From positions 4,480,001-4,544,000 of the forward strand of contig OZ245817.1 in the NCBI GenBank assembly GCA_965228475.1: a stretch of DNA of 64,000 nucleotides. The letters run 5' to 3'. A program made the position numbers and the translations under genes. How positions within the stretch are numbered: position 1 is the first letter of the stretch; every line of letters begins with the position of its first letter. This DNA comes from Myxococcota bacterium (lineage in GTDB: Bacteria; Myxococcota_A; UBA9160; JAFDDA01). The notes below the pieces were generated by a model. It was not told where the DNA came from. It saw only the letters and a program-made list of their open reading frames with translations, and did no database searches. This document shows, in pieces, positions 51,209-61,433 of the stretch.

Positions 51209-52231
51209 GTGAGAACGCTCGACTTCCGCAGCGACACCGTCACGCGCCCGACCGCCGCCATGCGCGAGGCCATGGCCCGAGCCGAGGTGGGCGACGACGT
51301 CTACGGCGACGACCCGACCGTGAACCGCCTCCAAGAGGTCGCCGCCGAGCGGCTCGGCATGGAGGCCGCACTCTTCGTGCCCTCGGGAACGATGGGAAAC
51401 CAGGTCTGCATCCGAACGATGACCCGGCACGGCGACGTCGTCCTCGCCGGGCACGGCGCCCACGTCCTGCGTTTCGAAGCGGGCGGTGCCGCAGCGCTGG
51501 CCGGCGTGCAGATCGAGACGATCGGAAGCGGAGGCTTCTTCGACGCCGACGATCTCGCCGCCGCCATCGCGCCCGACGAGCAGCACTACGCACCCACCAC
51601 GCTCGTCACCGTCGAGAACACCCACAACACCGCAGGTGGCCGCGTGTTCCCGCTCGAGGCCGTGCGGGCCGTGGGCGAGAAGGCCGCAGAGCGCGGCCTC
51701 GCCCGCCACCTCGACGGCGCGCGGCTCTTCAACGCGGTGGTCGCCACCGGCGTGCCGGCCCGCGAATGGGCCGCGCACTTCGACACGGTGACGTTCTGCC
51801 TCTCGAAGGGGCTCGGCGCACCGGTGGGCTCGATCGTCTGCGGCTCCGCAGAACGCATCGCGCGCATCCACCGCGCGCGGAAGCTCCTCGGGGGCGGCAT
51901 GCGGCAGGTCGGCATCCTGGCCGCCGCGGGCGTTCACGCCCTCGAACACCACGTGGACCGGCTGGCCGACGACCACGCGAACGCGACGCGCCTCGCCGAA
52001 GGCCTCGCGGCGCTCGGGCTCGAGCTCGTCGCCCGCCCCGAGACGAACATGGTCTACTTCCGCGTCGACGACGTGATGGGCTTCCTGCGGGAGACGCGGG
52101 CGCGCGGGCTCTGGATCAACCCGATCGACCCGGAGGTCTTCCGCGCCGTGACGCACCTCGACCTCGATGCCGACGACATCGAAGACGCCCTCGGCCGGCT
52201 GGCCGAAGCGTTGAAGGCCCTGCGGAACTAG
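51209..52231 (+). CDS. ltaE: Low-specificity L-threonine aldolase
   Basis: DFRSDTVTRP, VGDDVYGDDPTV, HLDGARLFNA, CLSKGLGAPVGS. Confidence 0.93.
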   Translation: MRTLDFRSDTVTRPTAAMREAMARAEVGDDVYGDDPTVNRLQEVAAERLGMEAALFVPSGTMGNQVCIRTMTRHGDVVLAGHGAHVLRFEAGGAAALAGVQIETIGSGGFFDADDLAAAIAPDEQHYAPTTLVTVENTHNTAGGRVFPLEAVRAVGEKAAERGLARHLDGARLFNAVVATGVPAREWAAHFDTVTFCLSKGLGAPVGSIVCGSAERIARIHRARKLLGGGMRQVGILAAAGVHALEHHVDRLADDHANATRLAEGLAALGLELVARPETNMVYFRVDDVMGFLRETRARGLWINPIDPEVFRAVTHLDLDADDIEDALGRLAEALKALRN

Positions 52232-52234
52232 CCC

Positions 52235-52945
52235 CTAGTTCTGTTCGACGATGTCGAGGAGCTCCACGTCGAAGTGCAGCGCCGCGCCCGGCTTGATGTG
52301 GGGCGGGGCGCCGCGGTCGCCGTAGGCGATCGACGACGGGCAGATCACGCGGGACTTGCCACCGACGCCCATACGCTGGAGCGCCTCCGTCCAGCACGGA
52401 ATCACGCGATTCAGCGGAAAGACCGCCGGCGTACCGCGCTCCTTCGAGCTGTCGAAGACCGTGCCGTCGCGCAGCGTACCGTGGTAGTGGACGCTCACCG
52501 TGTCGGTGGCGGCGGGCTTGCGATCGCTCCCCGGCTCCACCTCGATGTAGACCAGGCCCGAGGGCGTCTTCACGGCGCCGGCCTCGCCGGCCTGCCCCTC
52601 GACCCACTCCTGGGACGCGAGCTTCTCGGTCTCCGCGCCCGCCGACTGCCGCTCGCGGAAGAGCGCGGCCAGGCGCTGCTGGTACTGGTCGACCTCCACG
52701 GCGGCGTCCTTGCCCTCGATCGCATCGGTGGCGCCGGCCTTCACCGCCTGGCGCTCGCGCTCGCTCAGCTGGAACTCGGCCGCGCGCTTCATCACGAAGT
52801 ACCCGAGCGAGTAGAAGGCCTTGTCGTCCTCGGTCTCGAGGGCGGGCGCTTCCGCGCTCTCGGCACCCTGCTGCTGCGCCGGGCAGCCGGAGAGGAAGAT
52901 CAGGCTGGTCACGGCGAGACCGGTGGCGAAGATCCTGGATTGCAT
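52235..52945 (-). CDS. FKBP-type peptidyl-prolyl isomerase (FkpA/Mip-like lipoprotein)
   Basis: LSGC lipobox; VHYHGTLRDGTVFDSS, VIPCWTEAL, FDVELL. Confidence 0.92.
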   Translation of the reverse strand: MQSRIFATGLAVTSLIFLSGCPAQQQGAESAEAPALETEDDKAFYSLGYFVMKRAAEFQLSERERQAVKAGATDAIEGKDAAVEVDQYQQRLAALFRERQSAGAETEKLASQEWVEGQAGEAGAVKTPSGLVYIEVEPGSDRKPAATDTVSVHYHGTLRDGTVFDSSKERGTPAVFPLNRVIPCWTEALQRMGVGGKSRVICPSSIAYGDRGAPPHIKPGAALHFDVELLDIVEQN

Positions 52946-53101
52946 CGCGGTTCCTTCGGTGATGACCCGGACGGCGGGCCCGGGGAACGCCGGAGTGTAG
53001 GGGACCGCCGCCCCCATCGCTGGGCTTCGCGCGGTTCTTCGGGTCGCAGGACTCAAGCCGGGCGCCCGTCCGAGCCATGAGTCCATCTTGGGGGTGCGCG
53101 T

Positions 53102-53533
53102 TTGAGGATCGAAGCGATTCAGGGAGCCTGGCCGGTCCATCGGCCGCTGCCCATCGTGCGCCTGCGAAGCAGCGCAGCCGCCGAGATCCAACCCTCCCGG
53201 AACCGGATGATCGCCGCGACCGGCGCCGCGCCCAACGTCCGGGCCCCCGCCCCGACGAGGCAGCTCACACCGGCGGAGCGCGAGCTCATCGGCGCGGGCG
53301 AGGGTGTTCGGCCTCCGGCCACACCGACGGCGCAGGCCGTGGAGGCCCGAATCCGCGCCGAGCGAGCCGAGTTGCCGCCGCCGAGCCTCGCGATCCGGCC
53401 GGGCGACGGGCCGCAGGAGAGCTCGCGGGCCGCCGCGCGGCAGGGCTTCGGCGAGGAAGTCGCGCGCAGCTACGCCCGAGCACACGAGGCGGAGGCACGG
53501 GCGAGCGACCGCCGCATCGACCTGCGTGCCTGA
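53102..53533 (+). CDS. Hypothetical protein ending RRIDLRA
   Basis: Fills the intergenic gap; TTG start uncertain. Confidence 0.5.
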   Translation: MRIEAIQGAWPVHRPLPIVRLRSSAAAEIQPSRNRMIAATGAAPNVRAPAPTRQLTPAERELIGAGEGVRPPATPTAQAVEARIRAERAELPPPSLAIRPGDGPQESSRAAARQGFGEEVARSYARAHEAEARASDRRIDLRA

Positions 53534-53556
53534 GCCGCATCGACCTGCGCGCCTGA
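53511..53556 (+). repeat. Tandem 23-bp duplication including the stop codon
   Basis: GCCGCATCGACCTGCGTGCCTGA followed by GCCGCATCGACCTGCGCGCCTGA (1 mismatch). Confidence 0.9.
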
Positions 53557-53597
53557 GCCACTTCGACAGCCCCGCGCGAGCCCGTCATTCTCCGGGC

Positions 53598-54419
53598 GTG
53601 GAACGAGACCACCCCACGCTGGCGCGGGTCGGCCGCACTCGGGTCGATGCCGGAACCCTCACTCGCGACGACGATACCGTCGCCTGCGAAGGCCCCCTCG
53701 AGATCCAGATCGAAGGGCACTCCCTCGCCGTGGTCATGCGCACCCCGGGGCACGACGTCGAACTCGCGACGGGCTTCCTCTTCACCGAGCGCGTACTGGG
53801 CGGGCCCGACGAACTCGTCTCCGTACACGCCTACTCGAGATCGCGCGACGAGGAAGAGGATCACGTGGTCCGGGCCGTGCTGCGCGCGGACGTCCAGCCG
53901 GACGTCGAGCGCCTGAAGCGAAACCTCTTTGCGAGTTCGAGCTGCGGCGTCTGCGGCAAGGCGACCCTCGAGAACGCCCTGGCCCACGCTCCCGCGCTCG
54001 ACGACCCCGCGCGGTTCCCGGCCTCCTACTTCGAACCCCTGCCCGAGGCCCTGCGCACCGCGCAGGAAGGCTTCGATCGCACCGGTGGACTGCACGCGGC
54101 CGCGCTGTTCTCGCCCGAGGGCCGAAGGCTCGTGGTGCGCGAGGACGTCGGGCGTCACAACGCCGTCGACAAGGTGGTGGGCGTCGCGCTTCGAGAGGGC
54201 CTCACGCCGCTCACCGGACACGTCCTCATGGTCTCCGGGCGCATCTCCTACGAGATCGTGCAGAAGGCCCTCGCCGCTCGGATCCCCGTGGTCGCGGCGG
54301 TGTCGGCCCCGACCTCGCTCGCCGTCGAGCTCGCCGAAGCGTCGGGGATCGCGCTGGTCGCCTTCCTGCGCGGGCCGCGCTTCGCGGTCTACGGCGAGCG
54401 GGACCGCGTCGTAGGCTAG
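53598..54419 (+). CDS. fdhD: Formate dehydrogenase accessory sulfurtransferase FdhD
   Basis: MRTPGHD, SSCGVCGK, TGGLHAA, REDVGRHNAVDK, SAPTSLA. Confidence 0.93.
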   Translation: MERDHPTLARVGRTRVDAGTLTRDDDTVACEGPLEIQIEGHSLAVVMRTPGHDVELATGFLFTERVLGGPDELVSVHAYSRSRDEEEDHVVRAVLRADVQPDVERLKRNLFASSSCGVCGKATLENALAHAPALDDPARFPASYFEPLPEALRTAQEGFDRTGGLHAAALFSPEGRRLVVREDVGRHNAVDKVVGVALREGLTPLTGHVLMVSGRISYEIVQKALAARIPVVAAVSAPTSLAVELAEASGIALVAFLRGPRFAVYGERDRVVG

Positions 54420-54440
54420 AATTTCCGGCCGAGGAGGCCC

Positions 54441-56750
54441 GTGGCACGCTCCGGAGACGACCAGGACAGCCAGGCCGCGGGAGGCCTGGGAGCGCTCACC
54501 AGCGCCCTCGAGCACACCGCGCGCGGGCCGGGGTTCGTCCGCGGCATCCGCTCGTTCCTGGGCGTCAACCAGACGGCCGGCTTCGATTGCCCCGGGTGCG
54601 CCTGGCCGGACCCCGACGACCGGGCCGCCCTCGAGTTCTGCGAGCAGGGCGTGAAGGCCGTCGCCCACGAAGCCACGCGCCAGACCATCGGGGCGGAGTT
54701 CTTCGCGGCGCACCCGATCTCCGAGCTCCTCGAGAAACCGGGCTCCTGGCTCGAACGACAGGGGCGCCTCGTCGAGCCCCTCTACCGGGCGCCGGGCTCG
54801 GACCACTACCGCCCGATCCAGTGGGAGGAGGCCTTCGATCGCTGCGGCCGCGCCCTGCGCGCGCTCGACTCGGCGGACGAAGCCATCTTCTACACGTCCG
54901 GGCGAACGAGCAACGAAGCGGCGTTTCTCTACCAGCTCTTCGCCCGCCGCTTCGGAACGAACAACCTCCCGGACTGCTCGAACATGTGCCACGAGTCGAG
55001 CGGCGTCGGGCTGACCGAGGCGATCGGCGTCGGCAAGGGCACCGTCACGCTCGCGGACTTCGATCAGGCCGACGCGATCTTCGTGGTCGGGCAGAACCCG
55101 GGCAGCAACCATCCGCGCATGCTCGCGACCCTCCAGGCCGCGAGCCGGCGGGGCTGCCGGATCGTGAGCATCAACCCCCTGCGCGAGCGCGGCCTCGTGC
55201 GCTTCGCCCACCCGAAGGAGCCCCTCGCGCTGCTCGGCAGGAGCACGCCGATCGCCGAGCGGTTCCTCCAGGTCCGGGTCGGCGGCGACGTCGCGCTGTT
55301 CAAGGCGCTCGCCAAGGAAGTGCTCCAGGCCGAAGCCGGCGCTCCCGGCACGGTGCTCGATCGCGGCTTCCTGTCCGAACACACCGCGGGCTTCGACGCC
55401 TACCGGGAAGCCCTCGAGGCCATCCCGCTGACGGAGCTCGTCGCGGCCTCCGGCGTTCCCCAGGAAGAGATCGAAGAGGCAGCGCGGATCTACTACGAGG
55501 CCGAACGCGTGATCGTCTGCTGGGCCATGGGCGTGACGCAGCACGCGCACGGCGTCGCGAACGTCCAGGAGATCATGAACCTGCTGTTGCTGCGGGGGAA
55601 CATCGGCAAGCCCGGTGCGGGGCCGTGCCCGGTCCGAGGCCACAGCAACGTCCAGGGCGACCGCACGATGGGCATCCACGAGCGGCCCGCCGCGGCCTTC
55701 CTCGACCGGCTCGAGGAGGAGTTCCGCTTCTCCCCGCCGCGCGAGCACGGCGTCGACACCGTCGGCGCGATCGAAGCGATGCGCGACGGCCGCGGAAAGG
55801 TCTTCTTCGGACTCGGCGGGAACTTCGTCGTGGCGGCTCCGGACACCCCGGTGGTCGAACGCGCCCTCGAACGGACCGACTTCACCGCCTTCGTCGCGAC
55901 CAAACTGAACCGCTCCCATCTGCGGACCGGACGGGAATCCCTGCTCCTGCCGTGCCTCGGCCGGACCGATCGCGACGCCCACGCGGGCAGCGACCGCTTC
56001 GTGAGCGTCGAAAACTCGATGGCCGTCGTGCACCGTTCGGCGGGCCGCCTGACTCCGGCGGGGCCCGAGCTGCGAAGCGAACCCGAGATCGTCGCGGGCA
56101 TCGCTCACGCCACCCTCGGAAGCGAGGACGGGATCGACTGGCTCGCCCTCGGCGCCGACTACGACCGCATCCGCGATCACGTGAGCCGGGTGGTGCCGGG
56201 CTTCGAAGACTTCAACCGGCGGATCCGCGAGACCGAGGGCTTCGTCCTGCCTCGCGCGCCGATGGAGCGCCGCTTCGAGACCGCCTCGGGCAAGGCCGAG
56301 TTCAAGGTCCACACCCTCCCCCCGGACCCGCTCGCGCCGGGCCAGTTCCTGATGATGACCCTCCGCAGCCACGACCAGTACAACACGACCGTTTACGGCG
56401 ACGACGACCGCTACCGCGACGTCCGGGGCGGGCGGCGCGTCGTCCTGATGCGCGAGGACGATGCCCGGAGTGCCGGCCTCGGCGAGAACGACGCGGTCAC
56501 CCTCACGAGCCACCATCGGGGCGAGACGCGATCCCTCGACGGCTTCCGCGTGGTCTTCCACGATCTGCCCGCGCGCTGCGTCGGCACCTACTTCCCCGAG
56601 GCGAACCCGCTCGTCCCGCTGGCCCAGCGCGACGAGCGAAGCCGGACGCCCGCCTACAAGTCCGTCGTCGTGACCCTCGCGGCGTCCCCGTCCGACTCCG
56701 CCGGCACCTCCCGCTCTTCGGACCCGGAGGCCACGCCGGGCGCGCCGTGA
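54441..56750 (+). CDS. FdhF/YdeP family molybdopterin oxidoreductase
   Basis: GFDCPGCAWPD, YTSGRTSNE, NNLPDCSNMCHE, RGHSNVQGDRTMG, RSHDQYNT. Confidence 0.93.
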   Translation: MARSGDDQDSQAAGGLGALTSALEHTARGPGFVRGIRSFLGVNQTAGFDCPGCAWPDPDDRAALEFCEQGVKAVAHEATRQTIGAEFFAAHPISELLEKPGSWLERQGRLVEPLYRAPGSDHYRPIQWEEAFDRCGRALRALDSADEAIFYTSGRTSNEAAFLYQLFARRFGTNNLPDCSNMCHESSGVGLTEAIGVGKGTVTLADFDQADAIFVVGQNPGSNHPRMLATLQAASRRGCRIVSINPLRERGLVRFAHPKEPLALLGRSTPIAERFLQVRVGGDVALFKALAKEVLQAEAGAPGTVLDRGFLSEHTAGFDAYREALEAIPLTELVAASGVPQEEIEEAARIYYEAERVIVCWAMGVTQHAHGVANVQEIMNLLLLRGNIGKPGAGPCPVRGHSNVQGDRTMGIHERPAAAFLDRLEEEFRFSPPREHGVDTVGAIEAMRDGRGKVFFGLGGNFVVAAPDTPVVERALERTDFTAFVATKLNRSHLRTGRESLLLPCLGRTDRDAHAGSDRFVSVENSMAVVHRSAGRLTPAGPELRSEPEIVAGIAHATLGSEDGIDWLALGADYDRIRDHVSRVVPGFEDFNRRIRETEGFVLPRAPMERRFETASGKAEFKVHTLPPDPLAPGQFLMMTLRSHDQYNTTVYGDDDRYRDVRGGRRVVLMREDDARSAGLGENDAVTLTSHHRGETRSLDGFRVVFHDLPARCVGTYFPEANPLVPLAQRDERSRTPAYKSVVVTLAASPSDSAGTSRSSDPEATPGAP

Positions 56751-59700
56751 CGGGGCTCTTCCAGGACGTTCGCGGCGCCGAGCGTCGCCGGTTCCAGTTC
56801 TTCTTCGCACTCTCGGCCCTGCTCGGCGCAGCCCAGGTCGTCGGCATCACCGGCTCCGAGGCGCTCTTCCTCGCCGTCTACGGCGTCGAGTGGCTGCCGC
56901 ACACCTTCGTCGCCGCCGCCTGCTTCACCGTCGGCATGTCCTGGCTCTACGCCTCGGTCGTCGGCCGCGCCCGCAACGACTCGCTCTTCGAGCGCATGCT
57001 GATGATCTCCGCCCTCGTCCTCGCCGGAATGACGGCCGGCCTCGCGGCGGGAATGCAGTGGCTCCTGCCCGTCCTCGTCTGCCTCTACTGGGCGAACTAC
57101 GCGATCTTCCTCAATCACTACTGGACGTTCACCGGCGACTACTTCGACACCCTGGCGACCAAGCGTCTCTTTCCGCTGTTCACCGTCGGTGCGAGCCTCG
57201 GCAGCATCGGCGGCGGCGTTCTGGCCGCGGGCGCGGTGCGCGTCGCGCCCCCCGAGAGCCTGATCGGCCTTTGGGCCCTGTGCCTCGCCGCAGCCGCCGT
57301 GCTCCTGCATCGCAACCGTCAGCGCCTTCGACGCTGGGGGCCGCTCGAGCTCGAAGAAGCGGACGACACCTCGCTGCAGGGCATCCAGGGCGCGCTGGGC
57401 CTGATCCGGCAAACGCCCCTCGGCCGGCGCCTCGCCCTCTCGGCCGTCGCGATGGTCCTTTCGCTGTTCGTCCTCCAGTACCTCTACAGCGACGTCTTCA
57501 CCCGGACCTTCACGAACGCCGAGGACCTCGCCTTCTTCTTCGGCGTCTACCTGGTCGTCACCAATCTCGTCGAGGTCGCCGTCGAGGTCTGGGTGACGCC
57601 GCGTCTGATCCGCCGCTTCGGCGTCGCGACCACGAACGTCCTCCACCCCCTGCTGACCGTCCTTTCCTTTGCAGCCCTCGCCTTCGACTATCGCCTCGGC
57701 GCGGCGGTGCTCGCCCGGGCCAACCGCGAGATGGTCGAGAACGCGATGGCCGGACCGGTGCGGAACCTGGTCTACAACGCCCTGCCCCACTCGGTGCGCG
57801 GCCCGGCGCGCGCCTTCTTCGAAGGCATCGTCGTCTACTCGGGCATGGCCGTCGCCGGCACGGTGCTGATCCTCCTGACCGGACGCCTCTCTCCGGCGGC
57901 GCTGTGCGCCGCGGGCGGAGCGATCGCCCTGCTCTACCTCGCGGCCAACCTCGGCGTGCGGCGGCAGTACCTGCGGACCCTCGTCGCCGAGCTGCGCGAA
58001 GGACGGATCGACCTGGAATCGCTCTCGGACGAGCTCGGACGCTGGGAACTCTCGCGGCTCGCGGAGCTGTGGCGGACCATGCTCGAAGCGCGCGACGACC
58101 GCGCGGCCTCCCTGGCGAGCCAGCTCGCACCTCAGCTCGCGGCGCGCGGCGCGGTCTCCACCCTTCGCGCGGGGCTCGACCACGACGACGCGATCGTGCG
58201 CCGAGCCTGCGTGGCGGCGCTCGGTGTAGCCGGGGGAGCGGCCGGCCAGGGTGCAGCCGACGACGCGGTCCTGCTCGCGCTCGAGGACGAAGACGCCGGC
58301 GTGCGCAGGGCCGCCGTCGAGGCCCTCCCTCCGGTGATCCGGACCCGCAGCCAGGAAACCGCGCTGCGCCGCCGGCTCGGGGATGCGAACCCCCGCGTCC
58401 GAGCGGCGGCGGCCGTGCGGCTCGGAGCCGACGGCGAGGCGACCCTCGCCGAGATGCTCGCGGCTCGGGAGACGGACACGGTCTGCGCCGCCCTCGGGCA
58501 TCTCCCTCCGCCCGCGCTCGAGAAGGCCCTCGAGACCCTCGACGAGAGTGAACCGTCCGTTCTCGCCGCGGGCCTCGAGGCCGCCGTGCGTCAACTCGAC
58601 CCGGTTCCGATCGACGCCACCCGCCTCGCCACCTGGGCGAAGCACGACGATGCCGCCGTGCGCGCGGCTGCGGTCCACGCCCTCGGCACGCGCCGCGAAC
58701 CGCAGGTTTCGGAGACCCTTGCCGAGACCCTCGGCGACGCCGCCCGCACCGTCCGGTTGACCGCGGCCGAGGCCCTCGGCAGCCGCGGCTCGGAAGGTGC
58801 GGCGGCGGCCGAGCCGAAGCTCCGGTCGACTTCCACCCGCGCCATCGAGGGCGCGATCCTCGCGATCGCCGCAACCGGGCTTCCGGAGGGCAAGGAGCGC
58901 TTGCGAGAGGAGCTCGCACATCGCGTGCGCGAATCGTGGCGCGCTCTCCTCTGCCTGAACCAGCTGCCGGAGGACGACGAGACCCTCCCGGGACGCTTCC
59001 TGCGCATCGCCCTGGCCGACGCGCTCGCCCGCAACTGGGGCCTCGCGTTCTTCCTGCTCGAACACACGGAAGACCGATCGCTCATGCGCAGCGTGGAGAA
59101 GGCCCTGCGCTTCGCGACGGCGCGAGGCCGCGGCTCTGCCCTCGAGGTGCTCTCGAACCTCGGCGACCGAGAGACGGCACGGCTCCTCGTGCTGCTGGCC
59201 GAGCCCGCCGAGGTCGCCGACAAGCTGAGCGAGGTCGAGGAAGACCTCGAGGTCCCGACGGACACCGAAGGCGCTCTGGCCCTCGCACGCGGCTCGGCGC
59301 ACCCCTGGATCACGGCATGCTTCTCACTCCCGGAACGCTCGGGTCCGGAACGGAACCGGCTGGAGGACGTCATGGAGAAACTTCTCGGTCTGAAGCAGGT
59401 GCCGCTCTTCGCGCACTTCAGTCTCGAGCAGCTCGAAGGGATCACCCGCGTCACCCAGGAACGCACCTACCGTGCCGGCGAGCTCATCCTCGAAGAGGGC
59501 GCACCGGGCGGCGAGCTCTACGTCGTGCTGGCGGGATCCGTCCGTGTCTGGAAGAACCACTCGACGCCCGAGGCGATCGACCTCGGCACCATGGGCCATG
59601 GCAGCTACTTCGGCGAGATGGCGATCTTCGACGACAAGCCGCGCAGCGCGACCATCGTGGCCGACCAGGACACCCGCGTCCTGATGCTCGGCGGAGAACG

Positions 59701-59815
59701 CCTGAAGGAGTTCGTGATGCAGGCGCCCGAGATGGCCTTCCAGATCCTCTCCGTCCTCACGACCCGCATCCGTGAGGTCGAAGGGCGGCTCGACCAGGTG
59801 CTTCGGGAGCGCTGA
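56747..59815 (+). CDS. Membrane protein: MFS/TLC(NTT)-like transporter + HEAT repeats + C-terminal cNMP-binding domain
   Basis: About 12 TM (KRLFPL motif); repeated D..VR.AA..ALG; LKQVPLF..GELYVV..FGEMAI..PRSATI; GTGA overlap with upstream stop. Confidence 0.85.
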   Translation: MTGLFQDVRGAERRRFQFFFALSALLGAAQVVGITGSEALFLAVYGVEWLPHTFVAAACFTVGMSWLYASVVGRARNDSLFERMLMISALVLAGMTAGLAAGMQWLLPVLVCLYWANYAIFLNHYWTFTGDYFDTLATKRLFPLFTVGASLGSIGGGVLAAGAVRVAPPESLIGLWALCLAAAAVLLHRNRQRLRRWGPLELEEADDTSLQGIQGALGLIRQTPLGRRLALSAVAMVLSLFVLQYLYSDVFTRTFTNAEDLAFFFGVYLVVTNLVEVAVEVWVTPRLIRRFGVATTNVLHPLLTVLSFAALAFDYRLGAAVLARANREMVENAMAGPVRNLVYNALPHSVRGPARAFFEGIVVYSGMAVAGTVLILLTGRLSPAALCAAGGAIALLYLAANLGVRRQYLRTLVAELREGRIDLESLSDELGRWELSRLAELWRTMLEARDDRAASLASQLAPQLAARGAVSTLRAGLDHDDAIVRRACVAALGVAGGAAGQGAADDAVLLALEDEDAGVRRAAVEALPPVIRTRSQETALRRRLGDANPRVRAAAAVRLGADGEATLAEMLAARETDTVCAALGHLPPPALEKALETLDESEPSVLAAGLEAAVRQLDPVPIDATRLATWAKHDDAAVRAAAVHALGTRREPQVSETLAETLGDAARTVRLTAAEALGSRGSEGAAAAEPKLRSTSTRAIEGAILAIAATGLPEGKERLREELAHRVRESWRALLCLNQLPEDDETLPGRFLRIALADALARNWGLAFFLLEHTEDRSLMRSVEKALRFATARGRGSALEVLSNLGDRETARLLVLLAEPAEVADKLSEVEEDLEVPTDTEGALALARGSAHPWITACFSLPERSGPERNRLEDVMEKLLGLKQVPLFAHFSLEQLEGITRVTQERTYRAGELILEEGAPGGELYVVLAGSVRVWKNHSTPEAIDLGTMGHGSYFGEMAIFDDKPRSATIVADQDTRVLMLGGERLKEFVMQAPEMAFQILSVLTTRIREVEGRLDQVLRER

Positions 59816-59851
59816 ACCCGTTGCCGGTCACTTGCCGGCTGCCGATACCCT

Positions 59852-59877
59852 TCAAGGCACTCCCGCCAACGGCCGAT
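59852..59877 (+). promoter_or_regulatory. sigma28-like promoter
   Basis: TCAAG-N16-CCGAT (GCCGAT) just upstream of the diguanylate cyclase. Confidence 0.6.
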
Positions 59878-59886
59878 CCCGAGGTG

Positions 59887-60846
59887 GTGAAGCTCCAGAT
59901 CCAGGAAGTGATGACCAAGGACGTCGAGTCCGTCGGCCCCGAGGCCGGCGTGGACGACGTCCTCACGCTCATGTTGGAGCGCCGCATCTCCTGCGTCCTG
60001 GTCTGCGAAGAAGGCATCCCGCTCGGCGTGATCAGCGAACGCGACTTCGTGCGTCGACTCTCGGAGAGCCTCGAAGGAAGGCCACTCCCCGAAACGGCGG
60101 GCCAGCTGATGTCGAGCCCGCCCGTGACCGTGGAGCAGTTCTGGAGCGTCGACCGGGCGATGGAGGTCGTCCAGGAGAAGCGCATCCGCCGCCTGCCGGT
60201 CGTCGACCGCGCGGGAGTCCTGGTCGGGCTCGTCACCCAGACCGACCTCCTCGATGCGCAGCACATGCGGCTCGCGCGAACCGTCGAGGTTCGGACGCGC
60301 GAACTTCAGGCCGCGAACGATCGCCTGCGCGCCCTGTCCCTGAAGGACGGGCTGCTCGAGATCGGAAACCGCCGTGCGATGAACGAGATGCTCGAGAAGG
60401 CGCACCGCCTCGCCGAACGCTACGACCGCCCCTACTCGGTGGTCCTTGCGGACGTCGATCACTTCAAGGCCTACAACGACTACTACGGGCACCCCGAAGC
60501 GGACGAGGTCCTGAAGCGGATCGCGAACGCCCTGTGCGAGACCGCGCGCGCCTCGGACACGGTGTTCCGCTACGGCGGCGAAGAGATCCTCGTGCTGCTT
60601 CCGGAGACCGCGATCGAGGGCGCACGCACGATGGCCGAGCGCGTCGTGGCAGCGGTGCGGGCCCTCGACATCGCGAGCGAGCCGACCGCCGAAGGCTTCG
60701 TCACGGTGAGCTGCGGCATGGCGTCCTCGCACACCGCCGACGGCGGCCCCTCGGCCTGGCTCGACGTCCTCTCGCGCGCGGACGCATCGCTCTACGATGC
60801 CAAGCGCTCCGGGCGCAACCGGGTCGGAGCGGTTTCGCCTTCCTGA
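59887..60846 (+). CDS. CBS-pair diguanylate cyclase
   Basis: Two CBS domains; DVDHFKAYNDYYGH; RASD I-site; RYGGEEI; AKRSGRNR. Confidence 0.9.
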   Translation: MKLQIQEVMTKDVESVGPEAGVDDVLTLMLERRISCVLVCEEGIPLGVISERDFVRRLSESLEGRPLPETAGQLMSSPPVTVEQFWSVDRAMEVVQEKRIRRLPVVDRAGVLVGLVTQTDLLDAQHMRLARTVEVRTRELQAANDRLRALSLKDGLLEIGNRRAMNEMLEKAHRLAERYDRPYSVVLADVDHFKAYNDYYGHPEADEVLKRIANALCETARASDTVFRYGGEEILVLLPETAIEGARTMAERVVAAVRALDIASEPTAEGFVTVSCGMASSHTADGGPSAWLDVLSRADASLYDAKRSGRNRVGAVSPS

Positions 60847-60929
60847 CACCCGCCGCGCGTCCGGCGCCGCGGCGCGCAGCGGCCGGGCCTACGCTTGATC
60901 GCGTCACCGAATTCGCCAAACTCCGTCTC

Positions 60930-61433
60930 GTGATCAAGATCGCGATGAGCACGCGGATCGCGGCCGACCGGGCCCGGATCTGGTCGGCGCTGGCCGACGG
61001 CTCGGAGCGGGTCCGCTGGGATGGCCCCCTCGAGGCTCCGCTCGACGTCGCGCCCGACCATCCCCGCCCGGGGGATCACGCGCGCTGGCGCTACCGCCTG
61101 AACGGGATGCCGGTGATCCTGAGCGAGCGCACCCTCGAAGTGGTGGAGGGCAAGCGCCTCCGCTCGGCCGTGGCCCTCGGCCCCTTTCGTTTCGACCTCG
61201 CCTACACGCTCGAGCCGGACCCCGACGGCCGGCGCATGCGGCTCTCGGCGGTGCTCGCCGCCTCCAACGTCGTGCCGGTGGTGGGCGGCGTGCTCGACCG
61301 CTTCGCCGTTCGGCGGATCGCGAGCGAACTCGTCGCCCGCCTGCTCTCGGACGTGCGGGCGCACTGCGAAGGCGTTCGGCCCGAGGCGCCGGCACCGGTC
61401 CCCACCCCACGCCTGGCAAGGGAGAACGGATGA
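60930..61433 (+). CDS. SRPBCC/polyketide-cyclase-fold protein
   Basis: IAADRARIWSALAD pattern; C-terminal amphipathic helix. Confidence 0.7.
   Translation: MIKIAMSTRIAADRARIWSALADGSERVRWDGPLEAPLDVAPDHPRPGDHARWRYRLNGMPVILSERTLEVVEGKRLRSAVALGPFRFDLAYTLEPDPDGRRMRLSAVLAASNVVPVVGGVLDRFAVRRIASELVARLLSDVRAHCEGVRPEAPAPVPTPRLARENG

Noticed and set aside
53511..53556. CRISPR-like repeat
   Set aside because: Two adjacent copies, no spacer, no cas genes
54587..56746. Apparent 1742-aa giant protein
   Set aside because: The first ~720 codons are an off-frame overlap of the fdhF/ydeP gene; the real CDS starts at GTG 56747
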